From Clostridia bacterium (GTDB lineage: Bacteria > Bacillota > Clostridia > TANB77 > CAG-508): a DNA stretch of 64,000 nucleotides. The stretch lies in NCBI GenBank assembly GCA_022790575.1, contig JAAVXM010000050.1:5515-69514 (forward strand). Direction: 5' to 3'. Positions 1 through 10,617 of this stretch are shown here, one piece after another (position 1 is the first letter of the stretch; each line of letters opens with the position of its first letter). A model generated the notes under the pieces. It was not told where the DNA came from, searched no databases, and worked only from the letters and a program-made list of their open reading frames with translations. Both the position numbers and the translations under genes were made by a program.

Positions 1-773
1 AAAACTCCATATTGACCATTTTTAGCAACTATTAAATATATATTATCTGTATTTGATACTTCAGCTAATCTGATTACTTGATTATATTCTGTATCTAACA
101 TTTTGCTTCCTTCAAAATCATAATAACCATATCTATATCCTTCATCTGTTATATTACATACTATATATCCTGATTTTTTATATCCATCTTTTTCACTATA
201 AAATTGGTCTGATGTTATTGAATCATAGTTACTTTTTATTAATTGATAGCCTCTGTCATTTATTATCCCATATTTATTATCTTCTTTTACTAGGATTTCT
301 CCTTCTTTATATCCTAAACTTGAAATTTCTTCATATTTTGCTTCAACAATTATTTCCCCATTAAGTCCTATTAATCCAAATTTTCCATTATCTTCATATA
401 TTAATACATTTTTTTCATATGCTGATTCTGCTATTATATTTGTTAATTGTAGTGGTTGTACATTTTTATATTGTTTTAATATTTCCTCATTTTTATTATT
501 TAATATTATATTCTTATCTTCTTCTCTACATACAAATACTGGCTTATGTATATTGGGAATAATTATCTCTTCATATTGTGGCTTGATTACAACATCTCCT
601 TCAAGATTGATTACTCCAAATTTTTCATTTTCTTTTAATAAATAATAAGACATTGAATTGTCTTCTGTTTTATTTTCTATTTTGTGCTTATTGGGTATAT
701 ATATTGATATCAATAAGCTTATTGCTATTATTACTATACTAATTACTACTATTATACTTGTTTTCTTTACCAT
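1..773 (-). CDS. WG-repeat (KWG / WG_beta_rep-like) protein with N-terminal membrane anchor; 3' end lies beyond the window start
   Basis: Absent from the ORF track because it is open at the window edge. Manual minus-strand translation from ATG 771-773 (RBS AAGGAGA at 781-787) gives MVKKTSIIVVISIVIIAISLLISIY. This is followed by repeated units KFGVINLEGDVVIKPQYEEI / KFGLIGLNGEIIVEAKYEEI / KYGIINDRGYQLIKSNYDSI. Confidence 0.6.
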   Translation of the reverse strand, partial: MVKKTSIIVVISIVIIAISLLISIYIPNKHKIENKTEDNSMSYYLLKENEKFGVINLEGDVVIKPQYEEIIIPNIHKPVFVCREEDKNIILNNKNEEILKQYKNVQPLQLTNIIAESAYEKNVLIYEDNGKFGLIGLNGEIIVEAKYEEISSLGYKEGEILVKEDNKYGIINDRGYQLIKSNYDSITSDQFYSEKDGYKKSGYIVCNITDEGYRYGYYDFEGSKMLDTEYNQVIRLAEVSNTDNIYLIVAKNGQYGV

Positions 774-941
774 TTTAAGTTCTCCTTCTCTTTTTTCTTA
801 TTTTACTATGTTGTGTTTAATTTTTCAATATTTTTTATCATTTTCCTTGTTTTTTTTAGTATATTATTATATAATCTTTACATAATATAATAAAAGGTAA
901 AAAATGCTAAGTAATTTATGCATTGTGAAAGGAATGGTTAT

Positions 942-2333
942 ATGTCAAACTTAGATATAAAAAGTTTATTTAGAAATACATCAGAGTATAGTAATAAAGA
1001 AGTTTCAATTGAGGGATGGATTAGAACTGTTAGAGACTCAAAAACTTTTGGCTTTATTGAATTAAATGATGGTTCTTTTTTTAAGAATGTTCAAATTGTT
1101 TTTACAGATAAATTGTCAAATTTTAATGAGATTATTAAGCTTACAATTAGTTCATCTATAAAAGTTACAGGAACATTGATTATTACAGAAAATGCTAAAC
1201 AACCTTTTGAAATTCAAGCAACATCAATTGAAGTAACAAATCTTTGTCCTACTGAATATCCACTTCAAAAAAAGAGACATTCTTTTGAATATTTACGTAC
1301 AATTGCACATTTACGCCCTAGAACAAATACTTTTAATGCAGTTTTTAGAGTTAGAAGTGTATTAAGTTATGCTATACATAGGTTTTTCCAAGAACGTGGA
1401 TTTGTTTATGTTCACACACCTATCCTAACTTCTAGTGATGCAGAAGGTGCTGGCGAAATGTTTAATGTTAATTCTTTTAATTTAGCCGATATTCCAAAAT
1501 TAGAGGATGGAAATATTGATTTTTCAAAAGACTTTTTTGGTAAATCTTCTCATCTTACTGTTAGTGGTCAATTAAATGCAGAAACTTTTGCTACTGCATT
1601 TAAAAATGTTTATACTTTTGGACCTACTTTTAGAGCTGAAAATTCTAATACTGTAAAACATGCTGCTGAATTTTGGATGATTGAACCTGAAATTTGTTTT
1701 GCAGACTTAAATGATGATATGGATTTAGCTGAAGATATGATTAAATATATCTTTTCATATGTTTTAGATAATTGCCCAGAAGAGATGGAGTTTTTTAATA
1801 ATTTTGTTGATAAATCTTTATTAGACAGATTGCATAATGTTATCAATTCTGATTTTGGTAGAATCACTTATACTGATGCAGTTAAGGAATTAGAGAAAGC
1901 TAATGACCAATTTGAGTATAAAGTTTCTTGGGGGGTTGATTTACAAACTGAACATGAAAGATATTTGTGTGAAAAAGTTTTTGGAAAACCTGTTTTTGTT
2001 ACTGACTACCCTATGGATATTAAGGCTTTTTATATGAAACAAAACCCAGATGGTAAAACTGTCGCAGCTACTGACCTTCTTGTTCCTGGTATTGGAGAAA
2101 TTATTGGTGGTAGCCAAAGAGAAGAAGATTATGATAAATTAGTTTCTAGAATGAAAGAACTTAATATGGATATGAATTGTTATGATTGGTATCTTGACCT
2201 TAGAAAATATGGTAGTGTACAACATTCTGGATTTGGTCTTGGATTTGAAAGGGCTATTATGTATTTGACTGGCATGCAAAATATTCGTGATGTTATTCCT
2301 TTCCCTAGAACACCTAAGAATTGTGAATTTTAA
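942..2333 (+). CDS. asnS: Asparaginyl-tRNA synthetase
   Basis: ORF 918..2333. It has the N-terminal OB anticodon-binding pattern [26 protein letters not shown] and class IIb core motifs ([32 protein letters not shown]). Start moved to ATG 942 (MSNLD), preceded by AAAGGA at 928-933. Confidence 0.95.
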   Translation: MSNLDIKSLFRNTSEYSNKEVSIEGWIRTVRDSKTFGFIELNDGSFFKNVQIVFTDKLSNFNEIIKLTISSSIKVTGTLIITENAKQPFEIQATSIEVTNLCPTEYPLQKKRHSFEYLRTIAHLRPRTNTFNAVFRVRSVLSYAIHRFFQERGFVYVHTPILTSSDAEGAGEMFNVNSFNLADIPKLEDGNIDFSKDFFGKSSHLTVSGQLNAETFATAFKNVYTFGPTFRAENSNTVKHAAEFWMIEPEICFADLNDDMDLAEDMIKYIFSYVLDNCPEEMEFFNNFVDKSLLDRLHNVINSDFGRITYTDAVKELEKANDQFEYKVSWGVDLQTEHERYLCEKVFGKPVFVTDYPMDIKAFYMKQNPDGKTVAATDLLVPGIGEIIGGSQREEDYDKLVSRMKELNMDMNCYDWYLDLRKYGSVQHSGFGLGFERAIMYLTGMQNIRDVIPFPRTPKNCEF

Positions 2334-2348
2334 TTTTTAAATTTTAAT

Positions 2349-2395
2349 ATAGCATAAATTCAATAGTTTATTTCTACTGAATTTATGCTATTTTA
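2349..2395. terminator. Bidirectional intrinsic terminator between convergent asnS and the glucan synthase gene
   Basis: Perfect 14-bp stem ATAGCATAAATTCA (2349-2362) / TGAATTTATGCTAT (2378-2391), flanked by A/T runs on both sides. Confidence 0.7.
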
Positions 2396-2406
2396 AATAT
2401 TATTTA

Positions 2407-5400
2407 TTACATTTCAACTTCTATATTAAAAATCCTACCTGAACCATCAAGACTTATTTTATTTTCTTCTATTAGTTCACTATTTACTGTGATTTTAGAA
2501 ACTCCAGTATTTTTTCTATTCGGATTTTTTACTCTTATATTATAAATACTTTCCCCATATTTATATCTTATACTATATTCTTCCCAGTCTTTTGGTATAC
2601 ATGGCTCGAAACTCATAGTATTATGATAAATCTTTAGTCCGAGTATATATCTTATCCCTGCCAAGTAGTACCAACTACTAGAACCAGTATACCAGGTCCA
2701 ACCACCAGAACCAGCTAAGTTTTGTGCTCCATATATATCTGCTGCAATAACATATGGTTCAACTTTATACTTATTTGCTGCATCTCTTGTCCTTGAATGT
2801 TCAATTGGGTTAATCATCTTGTATAGTTCCACTGCTTTATCTCCTTTGCCAATCATAGCCTCTGCAATAATTGCCCAAATTGCACCATGTGTATATTGTC
2901 CTCCATTTTCTCTAACACCTGGTAAATATGATTTGATATAACCTGGTTCTAATTTACTTTTTTCAAAAGGAGGGTCAAGTAATTTAATAATACCATTTTC
3001 TTTGTCAATAAGATGATTTTCTAAGCTTTCCATTGCTTGAAGTTGTTTAGTCTCTTCTCCTGCATTAGAAATAACAGACCAACTTTGGCTAATTCCGTCA
3101 ATTCTACATTCTTCATTTTCCATACTTCCATAAACATCACCATTATCTGCAAATGCTCTTTTGAACCATCTTCCATCCCATGCATTTTTGTTCAGATTAT
3201 CTTTAAGTTCTTGCATAATCTTCTTATATCTCTGGCTAGTCTCATTATCTTGCCTATTCATTGATATTTTTACAAACTCTTTTAAAATATCATATAAGAA
3301 AAATCCTAACCAGACACTTTCACCTTTGCCTTCTGGTCCAATATTACTAAGACCATCATTCCAGTCACCTATTCCTATTTTAGGCAGACCATAAAATCCA
3401 AAATTACAAGCTCTATCTATTGCTCTTTTACAATGTTCATAAATTGACTCTTCATGTTCTCCTGGTAAATAAATATCATATTTTTCTTTTTCATCTCCTT
3501 GTAATTCTTTCCCTTCTAAATATGGCGTTTCTATATCTAAAATACTGTAATCTCCTGTGTGTTTAGTATATTGTATAACAGAATATGGTAGCCATAACAA
3601 ATCATCTGAAAATTTAGTCCTTATTCCTCTATTATTTTCTTCATGCCACCAATGTTCAACATCTCCTTGTATGAATTGATGTTTACTATGCTTTATAATT
3701 TGATTATATAATATTTTGCTATCTATATATTGAGTACAAAATGTGTCTTGTAATTGGTCTCTATATCCATATGCTCCTCCAGATTGATAAAATCCACTTT
3801 TTGCTAATAGTCTACTTGACATTGTTTGATACATAGCCCAACCATTCAACATTATATTTATTGATTCATATGGTGTATTAACCTGAATTCTACCTAAAAT
3901 GTCATTCCACATATTTTTTACATTATCATATTCTATTATACAGTTTTGAATTTTTGAGTACTTATATGCTATATCTTTTACATTCATTATATTATCATCT
4001 GCACCTAGTATTATTGATATTTTTTTATCTGAAAAACTTTCTATTTCAACTTCTATCTCTATTGCCATACATGTCTTTTTCCCAATCCCATTATCATTAT
4101 CAAGTCTCATGTGATTTAATGCTACTGGATTTGAAATTCCACCTCTACCAAAAAATGTCTTTTTATTACCTGTATATGATTGTATTTTTTCACTACTTGA
4201 TATATAAGCAATATTAGAAAATCCCTCTGTTTTATATAGATTTTTTGCTATTAATACATTTGAATTGTCTTCATACTGTAATTTCAAATATTTATCTGAT
4301 TTTATTTCATCTTCTGCTAATACAGGTTTTACATAGTATATAACTTTAATTTTCTTCTTTTTTGGTGCATTATTTTTTAATGTTAATATATTTATTTTTA
4401 CACTATCTTCTCTTGGAACAAATACTTCTAGTTCTTGCAAAATTTCATTACTATTGTGAATATATTTTGCATATCCAAAACCATATATTGTATTATAATT
4501 TTTATCGTCTGGCTTTGGCATCGCTGTAGGAGACCAGCACCTTCCATTTTCTTCATCCTTTAAATATATTGCTTCTGATGGTATATTTATAGCTGCACTA
4601 TTATGCCAACTTGTAACTCTATTTAATCTACTATTTTTATACCAAGTATACCCTCCATTTCCTTCTGTTACTACTGTTCCAAAGTTCTTATTAGCCATAA
4701 TATGACTCCAGGTTGTTGGAATTTTGTTCTCATTATTTGTCCTTATTATATACTCTTTTCCATCTTCTGAAAATGCTCCATATTCATTATAATATTTTAA
4801 GTTTTGATTATTTCCAATAATATCAATGTCTTTTGTGTCATCTGGTTCACTATTATATTTTTTATTTTTTTCAACTATTCTATAATTATCTAAAATATCT
4901 TCTTCCATATCATTTATTATATTTTCTAGATTTCCTAAATGACTATCTATTACAAGTTGTGAAACAAATTTTATTAAATTTACATCTTGAATATCCATCT
5001 CACTTTTTGAAAGAACAAATATCCCACCATAACTATTTTTTAAATATGCTAAATGACTATTTAATATAGCACTTTCTATTTCATCTCTTATATAATTTTC
5101 ATAACTATAATTTTCTTCATCTATTATTACTAGTTCAATTGGTACATTTTTTGTTTTTAAATATTCAAATGCTTTTATCATTTGTTTTACAACATATAAG
5201 TCATTAACATATTTTATTGTTACTGTAATAATTGGTAAATCGCCTGATATTCCATATTTCCACAGGTCTTTTTGCTCATATATTTTATATGCTAATTCGT
5301 CTTTCTTTTTTATTGGATTATCAAATACTAAATATGATGCTATTGTTTGATATATATCTATGTCTCTTCCTTTAACTTCTAAATATCTCGATTCTGCCTC

Positions 5401-8400
5401 TGTCTTTGCTTTTACAATTTCAAATTCTCTTGTTATATTTTCTAAAATATCATATTTTTGTGCATTGTGAATTGCTAATTGCTTGTCATATTCAACTGAT
5501 AATATTAAATCTACATAATTGTTCTTCCCTGGTTTTACTTTTACTGTATTTTTTAATGCTACAACACCTTCTGTTGTTAATCCTATTTTTCTTGATAATG
5601 GTGTAGAATTTTTTATTGCTGTTGGTATTCCTAAATTGTTTCTTCCTATAAATTTTTCTTTATTTATTTCAAATTCTGTTTCTCCTATTTTTTCACAATT
5701 TGTTTGCATTTTAGCAATTAAATATAATTGACTTTCATTTAGTTCCCTATTTCTTCTTTTTACAATATAATTATTATTTTCTTCATCATATTCATATACT
5801 AAAAATAGGTTATTAAATGCTTGATGTGCATAGTCTTGTTCTTTTTTTGAAAGTACTGGTTCAAAATAACTGGTTATTTCAAATATTTTTTCTGTTTCTG
5901 TATTGTTCTCAATTTGTAGTCTTCTTATTTCTACTGGGTCATTTGCATCTACTGTTATTTTGAATTTTGTTTTTATTTCTCCTTTTGTTTTTTCAAATTG
6001 ATTTTCGTCTGGCATAAATTGAATTGTGAATTTATCACTGTTCTCTTCTCCAGTTGCTGACCATATTTCATTTGTTTCAATATCTTTTACATAAAAGAAT
6101 ATTCCTTGTTTATAATCATCTGTCTTTTTAAATCTGTTTATATAATTTTCATCAAATTTACTTACACCTTCTCCTAACTGATTTATTATTACATTATATC
6201 TTTCATTTCCAATAACATTTCCTCTAATTATTCTTTCATCTATTCTGTTATATTCTCTAATTGTGTAATTTTCATAATCTTGATATTTTATTTTCTCTGG
6301 CTTCTCTTTATTTTCTTTAGTTATTGTAAATGTCTCTGGCATTCTTTCTTGTAATAATATACTTACAGCCTCTATTTCAGGATTTTTCATAAATCTTTTT
6401 TGGAATATTTTATCATTTATTAAATTATTTATTGATAGTAATATTAATGCTTGATGATGTGCCATATACGTTTTTACTGTTTCTGATATTTTGCCTTTTG
6501 ATACTCTTTCTGGAGTGTAATCTATTGATTCATAAAATCCATATTTGTCATACATTCCTTCATCTTCTAAATTTTTTAGATTTTTTAATACTTCTTTTGG
6601 TTTTTCTGTTATAGCTAGTATAGTTCCATAACTTGATACTACCATATCATCTGCTAGACCTCTTTTAAGCCCTAGCCATGGTATTCCAAAAGCTTTATAT
6701 TGATAATTTGAATGTAAATCTCTTAAATTAAATGCTGATTCTGATATTCCCCATGGTATTCCTAGTTTTTGACTATATTGAATTTGATTCATTATTAAAA
6801 ATTGACATGACTCATCTAATAAACTGCCTTTATATGTCGGAATATTTATATTTGGCATTAAATACTCAAAGGCTGTACCAGACCATGATATAAGCCCTTT
6901 ATATTTTTTTAATACTGTTAGTGTCCTACTTAAATTATTCCAATGTTTTGCTTCTACATCTTTTTTTGCTATTGCAACTAGACTCGCTTGTCTCGCTTCT
7001 GAAGCTAATAAATCATAATATGAATCTGTTAGTTTGTTTTCTTCTATATTAAATCCTATTGAAAAAAGTCTTTGCTCATTACTATATAATATTTTAAAAT
7101 CTGTTTCTTCTATCATTTGTGTTAATTTATTTATTAAGTCTTGTATATCAACTTCATTACTAATTTCTTGTGTTTTCTCTTGATATTTCCCTTCTTTTAA
7201 TTCTTCTAAAAATGATTTTGCTGTATACATATATCCTATTAAATTCCCACTATCAACTGTTGATACATATCTTGGTATTAGCGGTTGTCTAGTTTTTATA
7301 TTGTACCAATTGTATAGATGTCCCTTCCATTTTGGCAATTCATATACAGAATTAATTATATTTTTTAATAATTTTAAGCTTTCTTCTAAACTTTCGAATC
7401 CTAAATCATAACTTGATATAACTGCTAACATTGAAAGTCCAATATTTGTTGATGATGTTCTTGGCACAATTAATGTTTTTCTTCCTTCTTGATAATTATC
7501 TGTTATTAAATAATTATTTTCTTCTGTTATATACTGTTTGAAAAATCCCCATGTTCTTTTTGCTATTTCTAGTGTTTTTTCTTTTTCTTCATTATTTAAT
7601 TCTTGTACTTTGCTAAATTCTTTTGGTATTTTACTAACTTTATACATTATATATGGTGTAATTATCCACAATACTCCAACAATTGTTAATAACACATTGA
7701 AATTAAATGTACTAAATATTATAGCTATTGTTCCAAATAATACATTTATAAACATCATTTTATAATAGTTCTGTATATTTGTAACAGATTGCTTTTCCGC
7801 TTCTTCTGATGTCATCCATTCTAGTAAATTCTTATGTGTTATTGTCATTCTATATATTGTTTTTATTATAGATTTAATTGATATATATGCCTTATGTGGT
7901 AATGTGCCTATTGTTAAAGTTGCTCTATATATTGCTCCCTTTAAACCATCTATATGTGGAGTAAATGTTTTTTGCTTTTTTTCACCTTCTTTTCTAGAAA
8001 TCAGTAAATTTAATACTTCTAATATAAATGGATATATACAAATTACAACTATTCCTATTGTTAATAGTGTTGAATTCCCATTAAATATCATCATATATAA
8101 TAATAAAATTATTAAAGAAATTTCAAATAAACTCCTTCTCAAATTGTCAAATATTTTGAATTTTGATAATGTATTTAATTTACTATTTAACCATTTTGTA
8201 ATCTGCCAGTCTCCTCTAATCCATCTTGATAGTCTATTAATAAAACTTGCATATTTTAATGGATACCCATCCATTAACATTATATCTGACACTAAAGCAC
8301 ATCTCAAATAATTTCCTTCTAATAAATCATGACTAAGTACTGTGTTTTCTGGTATCTCATTTTTTAATACTTCTGAAAATGTTTTAACATCATATATTCC

Positions 8401-10485
8401 TTTTCCTGTAAATATACCTTCATTAAAATTATCTTGATATGTGTCTGATATTGCATTTGTATAACTATCTATTCCTCCTGCTCCTGCAAATATTTTGGCA
8501 AATAAATTTTTGTTGCTTATATCTAAGTTTATTCCTATTCTTGGTTGCATTATTGCATGACCTTTTACTACAACATTTCTAGTTTTGTCTATTTCTGGCT
8601 TATTCAATATATGTGACATGGCCCCAACTAACTCAAATGCTGTATTTAATACTAAGTCTGTATCTGAATCTAATGTTATTACATATTTTATTTGTGGCAA
8701 TTCTTCTTGATTTATTGTATTTACTCTAAATTTATTTTTTTCATGTTTTAAAATGTATTCATTAAATTGTGTTAGTAGTCCCCTCTTTCTTTCCCATCCT
8801 AAATATTTTTGCTCACTCTCGTTATATTTTCTTTCTCTATAAATAAAATGAAATATTGGGAATCCATTTACTTGGTATTTTTCATTTAATTTCTCTGTAA
8901 CTTTTATTCCATATTCTTCTATTTGTTTGTCAAATTCTTCTTCTTTATTTTCACTTTCTGAACAATCTCCTAGTACTGCAAAATATAAATTGGGACTCTT
9001 ATTGGCTAAATAATATACTTCTAACTTTCTGAATAATTCATTTACTTTTTCTATATCTTTTATAATAGTTGGTATTACTACAAATGTTGCATTTTGTTTA
9101 TCTATTCCTTTTGAAAAGTCCATCTTTGGAATTAGCTTTGGCTTTATTATTTTACCTAATATATATTGTATTGTTTGTATCACGATTTCTGATATTGGTA
9201 TGAGAAGAATAAGTGTAGTAAATATAACTTGAACATAATTTTGCGATATACATTTTGCTATTATTAACGATATTACCATTGTCAAAACAACTATACTACA
9301 TATATATATACTTATTTTATTTTTGTTTGTCATTTCTTTTTCTTTATATTCTAGCTTTTCATATAAATTTTGTTTTCCTTCATTTATCAAATAATATCCT
9401 ATATGGCTTTTCTTTTCATTTTCTTCATTTTGCTCACATAACTCTATTGCTTTTTTTGCTATATATATTTCTGATATTTTTGTTTTTTTAGCCATTTCTT
9501 TTATTGCATTTCTATAATATTCCTTTGTCTTGTATTCCATTTTAGGATATATATTTGCTGGGTCTTTGTTTAATATTCCTTCTACTCCATTTATATCTTC
9601 AAATATTTCTAAAAAATTAATTCTTTGTATCTTTTTTATACTTGTTATACTATTTGCCATTGATATTTTTCTTATTGCTGTATCAAAATGCTCTTTTTGT
9701 ATTGCATCTAATACTGTTATCCCTGTCTTTTCTACCTCTTCTTCTAATATATTTAAGTATCCATATGCCTTTTTACCATATTTTTTTAGTGAATATGACA
9801 TATATTCAATAAATGGATATTTCATACTTTTGAATTCTTTATACTTTAATCTTGTACCTTCCATATGATTAAATTGTAATTCATTTTTTGCCTTTTTTTC
9901 TACAAGTCTTTCTATTATGCTTCTTACTTTGTATTTTTGTATTTGTGCACTATATATTTTCTCACATATTTCATTTATATTTTGTATTATTGCAATTTGT
10001 AAAAATATGCCTATATTCCATATTTCTTCCATAGTTAATGTTTTCTTTGTTTGATATGCTTCTAAATATTTTTCTAAATTTTCTTTTCTTATCTTATTGT
10101 CTGTATATGCTACAATTTCTGTTGCTAATACATATATCCTAGCAAACCCTGCATATTTTCCATTTTGTACTCCTATAAAATTTGTGTATTTTTTTATTGT
10201 CATTTCTTTTTGTATTTGTCGCACTACTTCTTCTATTATATAAAAATTGTCTAATATCCATTCTCCTGCGGGATGTATATTTATTCCTAGCTTTATATGT
10301 TCATTTAATAGATTATATACCTCTTTTATATTATTATATTCCTCTAATAAACTTGGTATTGGATAAGTGCTTTTACTTGATTTGTTTCTTAGTGTGTATT
10401 GCATTGCCATTTTTTCTAAGTGTTTTTTTAGCTGTTCTTCATCTAATATAGCACTTTCTATATTTATTTTTTGATATTTTTTCAA
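2407..10485 (-). CDS. Cyclic beta-1,2-glucan synthase-like protein (Cgs/NdvB/ChvB architecture: GT84-like membrane glycosyltransferase, alpha-helical glucan-processing region, C-terminal GH94 phosphorylase domain)
   Basis: 2692-aa ORF. GT motifs VITLDSDTDL and RWIRGDWQ are flanked by multi-TM segments. The middle region contains SSTNIGLSMLAVISSYDLGF. The C-terminal GH94-type signature is GGAYGYRDQLQDTF, with Trp/Gly-rich (alpha/alpha)6-like sequence after it. TTG start at 10485 is preceded by AAGGAGTGG. Confidence 0.8.
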   Translation of the reverse strand: MKKYQKINIESAILDEEQLKKHLEKMAMQYTLRNKSSKSTYPIPSLLEEYNNIKEVYNLLNEHIKLGINIHPAGEWILDNFYIIEEVVRQIQKEMTIKKYTNFIGVQNGKYAGFARIYVLATEIVAYTDNKIRKENLEKYLEAYQTKKTLTMEEIWNIGIFLQIAIIQNINEICEKIYSAQIQKYKVRSIIERLVEKKAKNELQFNHMEGTRLKYKEFKSMKYPFIEYMSYSLKKYGKKAYGYLNILEEEVEKTGITVLDAIQKEHFDTAIRKISMANSITSIKKIQRINFLEIFEDINGVEGILNKDPANIYPKMEYKTKEYYRNAIKEMAKKTKISEIYIAKKAIELCEQNEENEKKSHIGYYLINEGKQNLYEKLEYKEKEMTNKNKISIYICSIVVLTMVISLIIAKCISQNYVQVIFTTLILLIPISEIVIQTIQYILGKIIKPKLIPKMDFSKGIDKQNATFVVIPTIIKDIEKVNELFRKLEVYYLANKSPNLYFAVLGDCSESENKEEEFDKQIEEYGIKVTEKLNEKYQVNGFPIFHFIYRERKYNESEQKYLGWERKRGLLTQFNEYILKHEKNKFRVNTINQEELPQIKYVITLDSDTDLVLNTAFELVGAMSHILNKPEIDKTRNVVVKGHAIMQPRIGINLDISNKNLFAKIFAGAGGIDSYTNAISDTYQDNFNEGIFTGKGIYDVKTFSEVLKNEIPENTVLSHDLLEGNYLRCALVSDIMLMDGYPLKYASFINRLSRWIRGDWQITKWLNSKLNTLSKFKIFDNLRRSLFEISLIILLLYMMIFNGNSTLLTIGIVVICIYPFILEVLNLLISRKEGEKKQKTFTPHIDGLKGAIYRATLTIGTLPHKAYISIKSIIKTIYRMTITHKNLLEWMTSEEAEKQSVTNIQNYYKMMFINVLFGTIAIIFSTFNFNVLLTIVGVLWIITPYIMYKVSKIPKEFSKVQELNNEEKEKTLEIAKRTWGFFKQYITEENNYLITDNYQEGRKTLIVPRTSSTNIGLSMLAVISSYDLGFESLEESLKLLKNIINSVYELPKWKGHLYNWYNIKTRQPLIPRYVSTVDSGNLIGYMYTAKSFLEELKEGKYQEKTQEISNEVDIQDLINKLTQMIEETDFKILYSNEQRLFSIGFNIEENKLTDSYYDLLASEARQASLVAIAKKDVEAKHWNNLSRTLTVLKKYKGLISWSGTAFEYLMPNINIPTYKGSLLDESCQFLIMNQIQYSQKLGIPWGISESAFNLRDLHSNYQYKAFGIPWLGLKRGLADDMVVSSYGTILAITEKPKEVLKNLKNLEDEGMYDKYGFYESIDYTPERVSKGKISETVKTYMAHHQALILLSINNLINDKIFQKRFMKNPEIEAVSILLQERMPETFTITKENKEKPEKIKYQDYENYTIREYNRIDERIIRGNVIGNERYNVIINQLGEGVSKFDENYINRFKKTDDYKQGIFFYVKDIETNEIWSATGEENSDKFTIQFMPDENQFEKTKGEIKTKFKITVDANDPVEIRRLQIENNTETEKIFEITSYFEPVLSKKEQDYAHQAFNNLFLVYEYDEENNNYIVKRRNRELNESQLYLIAKMQTNCEKIGETEFEINKEKFIGRNNLGIPTAIKNSTPLSRKIGLTTEGVVALKNTVKVKPGKNNYVDLILSVEYDKQLAIHNAQKYDILENITREFEIVKAKTEAESRYLEVKGRDIDIYQTIASYLVFDNPIKKKDELAYKIYEQKDLWKYGISGDLPIITVTIKYVNDLYVVKQMIKAFEYLKTKNVPIELVIIDEENYSYENYIRDEIESAILNSHLAYLKNSYGGIFVLSKSEMDIQDVNLIKFVSQLVIDSHLGNLENIINDMEEDILDNYRIVEKNKKYNSEPDDTKDIDIIGNNQNLKYYNEYGAFSEDGKEYIIRTNNENKIPTTWSHIMANKNFGTVVTEGNGGYTWYKNSRLNRVTSWHNSAAINIPSEAIYLKDEENGRCWSPTAMPKPDDKNYNTIYGFGYAKYIHNSNEILQELEVFVPREDSVKINILTLKNNAPKKKKIKVIYYVKPVLAEDEIKSDKYLKLQYEDNSNVLIAKNLYKTEGFSNIAYISSSEKIQSYTGNKKTFFGRGGISNPVALNHMRLDNDNGIGKKTCMAIEIEVEIESFSDKKISIILGADDNIMNVKDIAYKYSKIQNCIIEYDNVKNMWNDILGRIQVNTPYESINIMLNGWAMYQTMSSRLLAKSGFYQSGGAYGYRDQLQDTFCTQYIDSKILYNQIIKHSKHQFIQGDVEHWWHEENNRGIRTKFSDDLLWLPYSVIQYTKHTGDYSILDIETPYLEGKELQGDEKEKYDIYLPGEHEESIYEHCKRAIDRACNFGFYGLPKIGIGDWNDGLSNIGPEGKGESVWLGFFLYDILKEFVKISMNRQDNETSQRYKKIMQELKDNLNKNAWDGRWFKRAFADNGDVYGSMENEECRIDGISQSWSVISNAGEETKQLQAMESLENHLIDKENGIIKLLDPPFEKSKLEPGYIKSYLPGVRENGGQYTHGAIWAIIAEAMIGKGDKAVELYKMINPIEHSRTRDAANKYKVEPYVIAADIYGAQNLAGSGGWTWYTGSSSWYYLAGIRYILGLKIYHNTMSFEPCIPKDWEEYSIRYKYGESIYNIRVKNPNRKNTGVSKITVNSELIEENKISLDGSGRIFNIEVEM

Positions 10486-10569
10486 AAAAATCCACTCCTT
10501 GCGTTTTTACTCTATTATTCGCATTTTATGGATTTTTTATGCATTTTAAATTTGATTTTTCAAAAACTA

Positions 10570-10606
10570 AAAAACAGTATAAAAATTTAAATTTTATACT
10601 GTTTTT
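10570..10606 (-). terminator. Intrinsic terminator downstream of the GH25 muramidase gene
   Basis: Stem ACAGTATAAAA (10574-10584) / TTTTATACTGT (10592-10602), with a T-run on the minus strand immediately after. Confidence 0.6.
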
Positions 10607-10617
10607 ATTTATTATTT

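Noticed and set aside
658-885. 75-aa plus-strand ORF.
   Set aside because: It overlaps the N-terminal coding region and promoter region of the minus-strand WG-repeat gene. The sequence is low-complexity and hydrophobic.
774-941. T-box riboswitch leader upstream of asnS.
   Set aside because: The spacer is only ~170 bp and contains the divergent gene's RBS. No specifier-loop/T-box (AAnnnGGTGGTACCGCG-like) sequence or terminator/antiterminator pair is visible.
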